A DNA stretch of 64,000 nt from Candidatus Latescibacterota bacterium (GTDB taxonomy: Bacteria > Latescibacterota > UBA2968 > UBA8231). The notes below the pieces were generated by a model that had not been told where the DNA came from, searched no databases, and saw only the letters and a program-made list of their open reading frames with translations. This document shows positions 8,839 through 17,055 of this stretch, in pieces. Location of the stretch: the NCBI GenBank assembly GCA_965242865.1, contig CBDETK010000013.1:4384001-4448000 (forward strand), in the 5' to 3' direction. Both the position numbers and the translations under genes were made by a program. Positions within the stretch are counted from its first letter, which is position 1. Each line of letters starts with the position of its first letter.

Positions 8839-10183
8839 CGGGGCCGGTCGAGATGCGTTCTTGACGAGCCCTCTCTTTGGCGTTTTTTTATGCTCGTAGC
8901 CCTGAAGCGGAGCGTACTGTTCCGCCCGTCGAACGGACCGTGAAGATGAGAAACCACCCCCCATTGGCGATGCCGTTGCTGCTGCTCGCCGCGCCGGCCC
9001 CTCGTACGTCCCTCGGGGCCGGACCGCCGAAATCGCAGAGGCCGTAGGGTGATTAGAAAGAGCGGTACGCTGCTGTTGGTCGTTGCCAGTTTGGCCGTTA
9101 GTGCCCTCGTCGTTGAAGGCTCTTTTTGGCTGTTCGCTCGTTGGTCCGAGCCGATCTATCCCTTTATCAATTACATGACGGACGAGCCACGTGTTCGTCT
9201 GGATTGCTTCGACGACCACTTTGTGGGCACTCCCGACTTTGTCTGTGGGGGGGAATTGACCTATATGGATAATGGCTTCTTGAATCCCTCCCTCGCCGAT
9301 CTATCGCCGCGCAAAGTGCCCAATGCCATTGAGAATCGCCACAACGAAAAAAGACTGCGCGAGCGGCCCATGGCTGAGTTTGATGGGCGGCGGGACAAAA
9401 TCGTCGTGTTGGTTGGCGACTCCTTTTGCTATGGCATAGGGGTGCGGGTCGAGGATCGGTTTTCGAATGTCTTGGAAACCCGCTTGAATCGGGAGTACCC
9501 CGCCGAGCACTACCGGCTCTTCAATGGCTGTAAGCCGGGCTGGGGTATCGAGCATGTCTCCGGGAAAATGGAGCACTTTATCAATTACTTTGCTCGGGTT
9601 GACCGCGTCGTGTATTTGTTTGTCCTAAACGATCCAATTATGCGGGGGCATCTTTGGAAGTGGTTCAAAGAATCTAAAGGTATTACAGTTAAGAACGGGC
9701 GTCGTCCGAGGTTGGACGGTGAATTTAACAATCTTATGAGCGTGTTCTCCAGATCGAATGCAGCCCGATTTTTGGCGGGACGGGATAGCTATACCCTGCG
9801 TTGGTTTGCCGCTCGCTTACAGCGGCAGCAGACCGCCCACGAGACCATTGAGTGGTATCGACAACTCTACACCAACAACCCCCATTGGCCCCAGACCCGA
9901 GAGTTGCTTCGCGGGATGAAGGATTACTGCTCGGCGAGGGGAATTGCATTCTCTTTGGTCGTCTGGCCTCTATTCTATAAACTCGAAGCCTATCCCCTAA
10001 CAGAGATACACGAAATTATCGAGGTCGTAGCGCAGCAGGAGGGAATCCATTACGTGGATCTGCTCCCGCTCTTCGCTGGCAAGGACGCCCGGGATTATTG
10101 GATTCACCCGACGGATTTTCATCCCAACAGTCGGGCACACGCCGAAGCAGCGGCCTTTCTGTACGACGCCATTCCTTGGTAGT
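8839..10183 (+). repeat. Tandem duplication unit 2 (leader plus SGNH gene)
   Basis: Homologous to 7366-8748. Confidence 0.9.
9049..10182 (+). CDS. Membrane-anchored SGNH/GDSL hydrolase or O-acyltransferase-like protein (copy 2)
   Basis: GDSF...LND...DFHPN; paralogue of 7572-8747. Confidence 0.8.
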   Translation: MIRKSGTLLLVVASLAVSALVVEGSFWLFARWSEPIYPFINYMTDEPRVRLDCFDDHFVGTPDFVCGGELTYMDNGFLNPSLADLSPRKVPNAIENRHNEKRLRERPMAEFDGRRDKIVVLVGDSFCYGIGVRVEDRFSNVLETRLNREYPAEHYRLFNGCKPGWGIEHVSGKMEHFINYFARVDRVVYLFVLNDPIMRGHLWKWFKESKGITVKNGRRPRLDGEFNNLMSVFSRSNAARFLAGRDSYTLRWFAARLQRQQTAHETIEWYRQLYTNNPHWPQTRELLRGMKDYCSARGIAFSLVVWPLFYKLEAYPLTEIHEIIEVVAQQEGIHYVDLLPLFAGKDARDYWIHPTDFHPNSRAHAEAAAFLYDAIPW

Positions 10184-10204
10184 CTTAAACGCTGAGGTCG
10201 GGAT

Positions 10205-12337
10205 ATGCTCTTTGTTGGTCTTTTGCTCGGCGCGTTGAGTGCCTTGCCGGCTTTCGCTTTTAACGCGTACAAACTCGGCGGCGAGGACGGCAATGCTTGG
10301 ACGGCGGCCCTGTCGTTTGAGCCGGGGCACTACGCGGTGCTCGATTCGGCCGGTGCGCCGATTGAACTGCGTCCGGTGGCTTCCAATATCGCTTATGCCA
10401 CGTGGGAAGATACGCTCAACGAGATCGTCGATGCGGCCGATGGGCTGTGGATGCGCCCATTTTTCGTGCGGCCGGATTTGAACTTGGCGCACCCTGCAGT
10501 CCGCACCCGCATTGCCCGCGGCATTTCCAACAACATCACCACCAGCGGAAGCTGCAGCGACATCTCCACCCAACTGGTGCAGGTGGCCCCGATGTTCGAC
10601 GGCGACCCCAACACCGCGGCCTTTTTTAACGTCAGCACCAGCGAGAACAGCGGCATCCAGACCCGCTTGTACGTCCAAAACTCAATCGTCGAGCTGGGCG
10701 TCAACTATCCGATCAATCGAATCCGCTTTTACCCGCGGCTGGGCACGACCAACCCCAAAATCGACGAGCTGCTCGCGCTGATGGGCGAGCCGCGGCTGAC
10801 CAAAGAAACCTTGGCCGAGGAGGATTTTACTGAAAACTTTCTGCCGTGGTACGAGGTCTCGGCGGCCAACAGCTCCAACAACTTTGCCTCCCACTGCTAT
10901 TTGAGCACCTCCGAGAACCGCTGGTTCACGCGGATCAGCAGCACCCGCGTAGATGCGCCCAACGACTCGCGGCTGATTACCCTGAGCAAAGAAACCGAAA
11001 ACTTGGACCCAATCGTCGATATCCGCTTCCCCACTCAGCAGTTCCAATGGGTAGCCGTGCGCCCGCTCAACCCAATTGAAAACTGGGAGATCGCCGAGTT
11101 TGAGATTTTTGGCGAAGGCTTTGTCGAACGCGCCGTGTACACCACGGCCGTGCTCGACTTTGGCACGCCCATGGCGTGGGGCAAAATTCGCTGGGATGGC
11201 GCGTTTGCGGAGGGAGCGAATGCAATCATTCGCACGCGCTCGGGCCGCGACCCAGACCCCAATTTGTACTGGGTGCCGAGCAACATAGAAGGCGAGCCGA
11301 CGCCATTGATCCGCAAGGAGTTTGAACGCGCCGATTTGTCCGTGCGCTTTACAACCCTCGACGAAGAGAACTGGAGCTTCTGGTCGGCGCCCTACGCGTT
11401 AACGGCTGGTCAGCGCGATTCGACCTTAGCAGCGGCCGCGTGGGCCGATGGCACCCCCATCCTCTCGCCCGGCCCCGAGCGCTATTTGCAAATCCAAGTC
11501 ATCTTTCTGTCGAGCCTGCACCAAGCCGGTGCGTTGCGCGAACTAGAAATTCAATTCGCTCCGCCAGCTGCCTTAAAGGTCGTCGGGGAGATTTGGCCGC
11601 AGGACGTCTCGCGCAACGAGAGCACGCACTTCACCTATAGTGTGCGCCCGACCTTTGCCCAAGGCGACACCGGCTTTGATCGGCTGGAAATTTTCACCCT
11701 GACCCGCGCCGAGGCCGTGCATGCCGTGCGCGTGGATGGCGTCGTTTTGGGCCGCGACTTTCCGGTCGAAATCCTCGACGACCGCATCGTCGTGGCCTTG
11801 CCCAAGCTGGCGGGCGCGGGCGACACCTTCAAGCTCATCGAGGTGGAATTCGCCGCCCACGTGGTGCGCTATGGAACCCAGTTTCAAGGCTGGGTTTTCG
11901 ATAGCGAGAGCGACGGCGTCAAACAACTCATCGATCCCGGGGATGCCAACATCGACTTTCCGGGCAATTCCCTCGGCGTGCGCACCGACGAGTTGGGCGC
12001 GAATCCGCTGGCGCAAGTGCGCGTCGCGCCCAATCCATTCACCCCCAATGGCGATGGCCTCAACGACGCGGCCGAATTCCGCTTTCAGTTGCACGACGTG
12101 TCCGTGCAGCGCACGCTCACCGTGGGCATCTACGATTTGGCCGGCCGGCCGGTGCGCCAGCTAAAGCAGCTAAACGCGATTCGCGGCTTGTTTGACCGCG
12201 GCGCGGCCGTGCCGGCATGGGATGGTCGCGACGACGCTGGCCAGCCAGTGCCGCCGGGCCACTATCTCTATCGCATCTCACTGGACACGGACGCCGAAAC
12301 CGCAAGCCGGGTCGGCACGATCTCGCTCGCCTACTGA
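10205..12337 (+). CDS. Secreted FlgD-Ig/CHU-type CTD protein, subtype B (copy 1)
   Basis: Signal peptide ending AFA. Motifs RIRFYPRLG, EFEIFGEGF, WGKIRW, NWSFWS, SPGPERY; CTD NPFTPNGDGLND...WDGRD...LAY. Confidence 0.85.
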   Translation: MLFVGLLLGALSALPAFAFNAYKLGGEDGNAWTAALSFEPGHYAVLDSAGAPIELRPVASNIAYATWEDTLNEIVDAADGLWMRPFFVRPDLNLAHPAVRTRIARGISNNITTSGSCSDISTQLVQVAPMFDGDPNTAAFFNVSTSENSGIQTRLYVQNSIVELGVNYPINRIRFYPRLGTTNPKIDELLALMGEPRLTKETLAEEDFTENFLPWYEVSAANSSNNFASHCYLSTSENRWFTRISSTRVDAPNDSRLITLSKETENLDPIVDIRFPTQQFQWVAVRPLNPIENWEIAEFEIFGEGFVERAVYTTAVLDFGTPMAWGKIRWDGAFAEGANAIIRTRSGRDPDPNLYWVPSNIEGEPTPLIRKEFERADLSVRFTTLDEENWSFWSAPYALTAGQRDSTLAAAAWADGTPILSPGPERYLQIQVIFLSSLHQAGALRELEIQFAPPAALKVVGEIWPQDVSRNESTHFTYSVRPTFAQGDTGFDRLEIFTLTRAEAVHAVRVDGVVLGRDFPVEILDDRIVVALPKLAGAGDTFKLIEVEFAAHVVRYGTQFQGWVFDSESDGVKQLIDPGDANIDFPGNSLGVRTDELGANPLAQVRVAPNPFTPNGDGLNDAAEFRFQLHDVSVQRTLTVGIYDLAGRPVRQLKQLNAIRGLFDRGAAVPAWDGRDDAGQPVPPGHYLYRISLDTDAETASRVGTISLAY

Positions 12338-12343
12338 TGCACA

Positions 12344-14149
12344 ATGCACTGGGGAAGGGGTGCGCTGTGGTGGGTCGCTTGGGCACTGCCCGCATGCATG
12401 CCGGCCGACTCGCCGGTGGTCGCAGCGATTGGCCCGCATCGCATTGACGCCGACTCACTGCGCGCGTACGTCGAGCAACTTCCCGCCGAAGACCTCGGCT
12501 TGTTGGACGCTGGCCAGCCCCAAGACGCCGCGGCGGTTAGACGCCAGTATCTCCAGCTAATCATCGATCGCTATCTGTTGCAATCGGCGGGCCGCGCTCA
12601 GGAGCTAGCCGCCGCCGAGATCTGCGCTTATTACCAAGACCCGTATCCCGCCGCCCTAGCCGAGGGCGCGCCCGGGGCCTTGTTGGCGAGGTTGCGGCAA
12701 CAGCGCGGCCCTGAGGTGCGCGTCTATCCCGAGCCGCTAGACCGGGCCTTGCCGGATTCACTGCTGGCACGCAAAGCCCGGCAGTGGGGCGTGCTGTTGA
12801 GCCAGCGCGGCCAAGCGTTGCTCAAACAGGGCCGCCACCGCCGGGCCGTTGCCGTGCTGGAGCGAGCGACCGCGCACGCGCCCAGCCGCGCACAAACGCA
12901 TTTCTACCTAGGATTGGCCTACGCCCGCTTGGCCGAGAACGAGCGGGCCGCACCCGCGTTTGAACGCGCCATAGCCCTCGCGCCGGAAGAGGCCGACTTT
13001 CACTACGCACTGGGCACTGCCTTGCAAATGCAGCATCGGTACGAGGACGCGGCCGCTTGTTTTCAGCGGGCCATTGAACAAAGCGCGGACCAGCCCCACT
13101 ACCACTTTCGCCTCGGGGAGGTGCGGCGGTCTTTGGCGGACTTTGACGGGGCGTTGGCCGCATACGACGCAGTGCTCGCATTGCAACCCGACCACGCCCG
13201 AGCCCTGCACCGGCGCAGCGACTTGCTGGCCCGCCGCGGCGATTTGGTTGCGGCCGCCGCCGGGCTTAAAAGGGTCTTGGCCTTGACGCCGGAAAACGCG
13301 GCCGCGCTCGTCGATTTGGCCGGCATCTATACCAAGCAGCAGGATCCCGCCGCGGTCCCTACTTTGGAACGCGCACTCCAGTTAAATCCGGCCGATTACA
13401 GCGTCCATTACCTGCTGAGTTTGGCCTACGCACAAGCGGGGCAACCCGACCAAGCGGCGGCCGCGGCGGCCGAGTTCCAGCGGCTGAGTGCCGCAGACCG
13501 CCACTACAAGGAGGGGCTACGCAATGCCAAGCGCGGCTCTTGGGATCGCGCCACGACGCTGCTGACCCGCGCCGTGGCGGCCAATTCCTCCCATGTGTTG
13601 GCGCACATTCGTTTGGGCATGGTCTATCTGTATCAAGACGAGCCTGCGCGGGGCATCTCAGCCCTCAACCGCGCCCTCGCGCTGGCCCCGCACCACGTGG
13701 AGGTTCACTGCCTGTTGGGCGAGGCGTATGCCGCGAGCGGCCAGCCGGACTCGGCGCGTCATTTCTTTAAGCGAGCGCTGGGCGTGGATTCTACTGCGGT
13801 GCGGGCGCATTACGGCTCGGCCAAGGTGGCGTACCAAGCCGGCGATTTGCCGGCCGCGGTGATCGCCAGCCAACGCGCCTTGGCCAGCGACCCGGACCAC
13901 CGCGACAGCCATTATTTGCTCGGATTGGCGCACCTGCAATTGGGGCAGCCGCGCCAGGCTTGGCGCAGCTTTCAGGCGTGTATTGAGCTCGATCCCGACG
14001 ACGCGGAAGCCCTTTACAGGCAAGGCTCGCTGTTGGTGCGCCACGGTTCAGCGGACGAAGCCGAGCGCGTCTTGGCCCAGGTCTTGCAGCACGATCCCAA
14101 CCACGCGGAGGCGCGACAGCAACTGGCGCGCTTGGAGCGGGAGCCATGA
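12344..14149 (+). CDS. TPR-repeat protein, probable lipoprotein, with a SurA/PrsA-like N-terminal fragment
   Basis: Possible lipobox (LPAC), then VVAAIGPHRIDADSL...RRQYLQLIIDRYLL, then roughly a dozen TPR units. Confidence 0.75.
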   Translation: MHWGRGALWWVAWALPACMPADSPVVAAIGPHRIDADSLRAYVEQLPAEDLGLLDAGQPQDAAAVRRQYLQLIIDRYLLQSAGRAQELAAAEICAYYQDPYPAALAEGAPGALLARLRQQRGPEVRVYPEPLDRALPDSLLARKARQWGVLLSQRGQALLKQGRHRRAVAVLERATAHAPSRAQTHFYLGLAYARLAENERAAPAFERAIALAPEEADFHYALGTALQMQHRYEDAAACFQRAIEQSADQPHYHFRLGEVRRSLADFDGALAAYDAVLALQPDHARALHRRSDLLARRGDLVAAAAGLKRVLALTPENAAALVDLAGIYTKQQDPAAVPTLERALQLNPADYSVHYLLSLAYAQAGQPDQAAAAAAEFQRLSAADRHYKEGLRNAKRGSWDRATTLLTRAVAANSSHVLAHIRLGMVYLYQDEPARGISALNRALALAPHHVEVHCLLGEAYAASGQPDSARHFFKRALGVDSTAVRAHYGSAKVAYQAGDLPAAVIASQRALASDPDHRDSHYLLGLAHLQLGQPRQAWRSFQACIELDPDDAEALYRQGSLLVRHGSADEAERVLAQVLQHDPNHAEARQQLARLEREP

Positions 14150-14440
14150 ACGTACCTTGGGTTGAGAGCAATTTAGACTGTAGTGCGTTCCGCCGACCAT
14201 TGTTTTCCCTTGCGCTGGTGATGGGGTGTAGCAATCCTAAATCATTCAGTATGGAGTCAGCCTGCTTGGTTGGTAAATCAGCGGAACCATTGCCGACAAC
14301 ATCCTCGAGCAAGGCATAAGGGCCATGAACCTAGAAGCGTGTCAAGGCCAGGGCGCGGCCCCAACCAATCTCTTGGCGTTTGGTTTCCAAAAGGGCGAAC
14401 AAAAATTCACGAGGCCCAGAAGTCGCTGCTAACTACAAGC

Positions 14441-15427
14441 TCAACTGTCCCTCGGCACGGCCATCATTCGCTCCAACGCCCGCCGCGCCCCCGCAATCAC
14501 TTCGTCGTCTAGCTCGATTTCGTAGCGCTCGTAAAGCAGGGAAAAGTACACGTCTTGCAGGTCGGTGATCTTCATGTACGGGCAGTGTAGCCGGCAGCCA
14601 ATGCAGCCGTCAGCCGCTACGAACTCTTGGTGGGGGAAGCGCTGCCGGAGCTGGTGCAACATGCCGTTTTCCGTGGCGATGATGAAGCTCTTGGCCGCGG
14701 GATACTTTTCTACGGCCTTGAGCATCCCCGTGGTCGAGCACACTTCGTGCGCTATTTCGACCACGTCCTCGCGGCATTCTGGGTGCGCGATGATGACGGC
14801 CTCGGGATAGTCCGTGCGGGTGCGCTCGACGCTGGCGGCGCGCAGCACGTCGTGCGTTGGGCAAGCGCCGTCGTACACGACGATTTCTTTTTCTGGCACC
14901 TGCTCGGCCACCCAGCGGCCCAAGTTGCGATCGGGCGTAAAGAGGATTTTGTCGCTAGCGAGGCTGCGCACCACTGAGACGGCGTTGGCCGAGGTGCAGC
15001 AGATGTCGGACTCGGCCTTCACCTCGGCCGTGGAGTTGACGTACGTCACCACCGCGTGATCGGGATAGTCGGCTTTCCAATCGTCGAGGCTTTCGGGGGT
15101 GATGGAGTCGGCCAGCGAACAGCCCGCGCCCAAATGGGGCAAGAACACCTGCTTGTCCGGGCTGAGGATTTTGGCCGACTCGGCCATGAAATGCACGCCG
15201 CAAAAGACGATGCGCTCGGCATCCGCGTTGGCCGCTTCTACGGACAGCCCGAGCGAATCGCCCGTGAAGTCGGCCAAGTCTTGGATCGGCGGAATCTGGT
15301 AGTTGTGCGCGAGGATGACCGCGTTTTGCTCGCGGCGCAAGCGGTCGATCTGGGCGATGAGCTCCTCGGCCGGCAGGTCGCTGTAGTACTGCCCGGCGGC
15401 TGGGGCGAGCGTCTGTGAGTAGGTCAT
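14441..15427 (-). CDS. nadA: Quinolinate synthase
   Basis: ILAHNYQ, GDSLGLS, FCGVHFMAE, GAGCSLA, YVNSTAEVKA, CPTH, AHPEC, CPYMK. ATG at 15427 overlaps the upstream stop (ATGA). Confidence 0.95.
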   Translation of the reverse strand: MTYSQTLAPAAGQYYSDLPAEELIAQIDRLRREQNAVILAHNYQIPPIQDLADFTGDSLGLSVEAANADAERIVFCGVHFMAESAKILSPDKQVFLPHLGAGCSLADSITPESLDDWKADYPDHAVVTYVNSTAEVKAESDICCTSANAVSVVRSLASDKILFTPDRNLGRWVAEQVPEKEIVVYDGACPTHDVLRAASVERTRTDYPEAVIIAHPECREDVVEIAHEVCSTTGMLKAVEKYPAAKSFIIATENGMLHQLRQRFPHQEFVAADGCIGCRLHCPYMKITDLQDVYFSLLYERYEIELDDEVIAGARRALERMMAVPRDS

Positions 15428-15633
15428 GGCTTGACTTGCGCTCCTTCGTCGGGGGGGATGGTCTCGGTGCCGTTGGGAAAAACGCGCCAAAACTCCTTGC
15501 GAATGAGGCCGGCGATCATGGCGCTTTTGCTGCTGCCGTGATAGCGGGCAATCGCGTCGAGCATCTCGTGGTCCCGGTCGGGGGCCGAAAAGGTTCGCAC
15601 CTTGGCCCGGCGGCTTTGGTCTTTGGTTGGCAT
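15424..15633 (-). CDS. Small ribbon-helix-helix (CopG/MetJ-Arc-like) DNA-binding protein
   Basis: Beta strand KVRTFS, helix DHEMLDAIARYH, G-S-S-K-S turn, helix AMIAGLIRKEF. Translationally coupled to nadA. Confidence 0.7.
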   Translation of the reverse strand: MPTKDQSRRAKVRTFSAPDRDHEMLDAIARYHGSSKSAMIAGLIRKEFWRVFPNGTETIPPDEGAQVKP

Positions 15634-15639
15634 GAAATT

Positions 15640-15658
15640 ATTTATATTTTATATAAAT
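15640..15658. promoter_or_regulatory. Perfect AT-rich inverted repeat, putative operator
   Basis: ATTTATAT-TTT-ATATAAAT between the predicted promoter and the RHH start codon. Confidence 0.6.
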
Positions 15659-15676
15659 TTTAATCAATATATATGT

Positions 15677-15705
15677 AATCTAACGAATCGCCGCCCGCCC
15701 GTCAA
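15677..15705 (-). promoter_or_regulatory. Sigma70-type promoter of the RHH-nadA operon
   Basis: Minus strand TTGACG-N17-TAGATT. Confidence 0.6.
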
Positions 15706-15760
15706 TAAAATGTACCCATTTTTTAACGAAATTTTCGCAAGGGAAGGATGGGACTCGGCT

Positions 15761-16987
15761 CTAGAGCTGGCTAATCCGCGCCATGGCCTCTTCGATGCGG
15801 TCGCGGTGATTGAAGGCCGACAGGCGCAAGTACCCCTCGCCAGCCGCGCCAAAACCCGCCCCCGGCGTGCCGACGATGTGGGCCTTGTCGAGCAAGGAGT
15901 CGAAATAGGCCCAGCTGTCCTGCCCGTCGGGCGTGGCCACCCACAAATAGGGAGCGTGCTCGCCCCCATGCACGGTAAGCCCCGCCGCGCCCAACCGCTG
16001 GCGCATGATCGCGGCGTTTTCCATGTAGAACGCCACGCGCTCGGCAATGCCCTGCTGCCCGGCCGGCGAGTACGCGGCGGCCGCCCCGCGCTGCACTGGG
16101 TACGCCACGCCGTTGAACTTGGTCGAGTGACGCCGCGCCCACAGCCGATGCAGGTCTAATTCCTCGCCCGAACCCGCCCGGCCCATGAGTTCCTTTGGCA
16201 CCACAGTGTACCCACAGCGCAGGCCGGTAAAGCCGGCATTCTTGGAAAAACTGCGAAACTCAATGGCGACCTCTCGACCGCCTTCGACCTCGTAGATAGA
16301 GTGCGGGAGCGACGGATCCGTGATGTAGCTCTCGTAGGCCGCGTCAAACAGAATGACCGCCTGTTCCCGCCGAGCGTATTCGATCCAGCGGGCCAAGGCG
16401 TCGCGGGTCATGGCCGCGCCCGTGGGATTGTTGGGCGAGCACAAGTAAATCAGATCGACGTGCTCTGTGGGCAAGTCCGGGATGAAGCCGTTGGCGGCCG
16501 TACACGGCATGTAAATCAAACCGGCGTACGAGCCGTGCGCGTCGGCCGGGCCGGTGCGCCCCGCCATGACATTGGAATCGCAGTACACGGGATAGACCGG
16601 ATCGGTCAACGCAACGACGCAATCACTGGCGAAAATTTCCTGCACATTGCCCGAGTCGCACTTGGACCCGTCGGAGACAAAAATCTCGTCGCAGTGAACC
16701 GATACGCCGCGGGCGTCAAAGTCGTGCTCGGCAATGGCGGCGCGCAAAAATTCTTGGCCTTGGTCCGGCGGATAGCCCTGTAAGGTGTCGTCGTGGGCCA
16801 TTTCCTCGACGGCCTCTTTCATCGCATCGACGATCGGGCGCGGGATGCCCTTGACTACATCGCCGATCCCCAGGCGAATCACATCGGCCTGCGGGTGCGC
16901 GGCCGCAAACGCATCGACCCGGCGGGCGATTTCTGGAAAGAGGTAACCGGCTTTGAGCTTGAGGTAGTGGTCGTTGATATGCGCCAT
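15761..16987 (-). CDS. dapL: LL-diaminopimelate aminotransferase
   Basis: N-terminus [17 protein letters not shown]; [36 protein letters not shown]. Confidence 0.93.
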   Translation of the reverse strand: MAHINDHYLKLKAGYLFPEIARRVDAFAAAHPQADVIRLGIGDVVKGIPRPIVDAMKEAVEEMAHDDTLQGYPPDQGQEFLRAAIAEHDFDARGVSVHCDEIFVSDGSKCDSGNVQEIFASDCVVALTDPVYPVYCDSNVMAGRTGPADAHGSYAGLIYMPCTAANGFIPDLPTEHVDLIYLCSPNNPTGAAMTRDALARWIEYARREQAVILFDAAYESYITDPSLPHSIYEVEGGREVAIEFRSFSKNAGFTGLRCGYTVVPKELMGRAGSGEELDLHRLWARRHSTKFNGVAYPVQRGAAAAYSPAGQQGIAERVAFYMENAAIMRQRLGAAGLTVHGGEHAPYLWVATPDGQDSWAYFDSLLDKAHIVGTPGAGFGAAGEGYLRLSAFNHRDRIEEAMARISQL

Positions 16988-17055
16988 GGCATTGCTTTCT
17001 TTGTTTGAAGGAATTACAGGATTGACGAGGATAAGAAGGATAAGGAATCCAAACC

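Noticed and set aside
7572-10182. Diversity-generating retroelement (TR/VR pair)
   Set aside because: Differences between the copies are not restricted to adenines of one copy, both are full genes, and there is no reverse transcriptase in the window.
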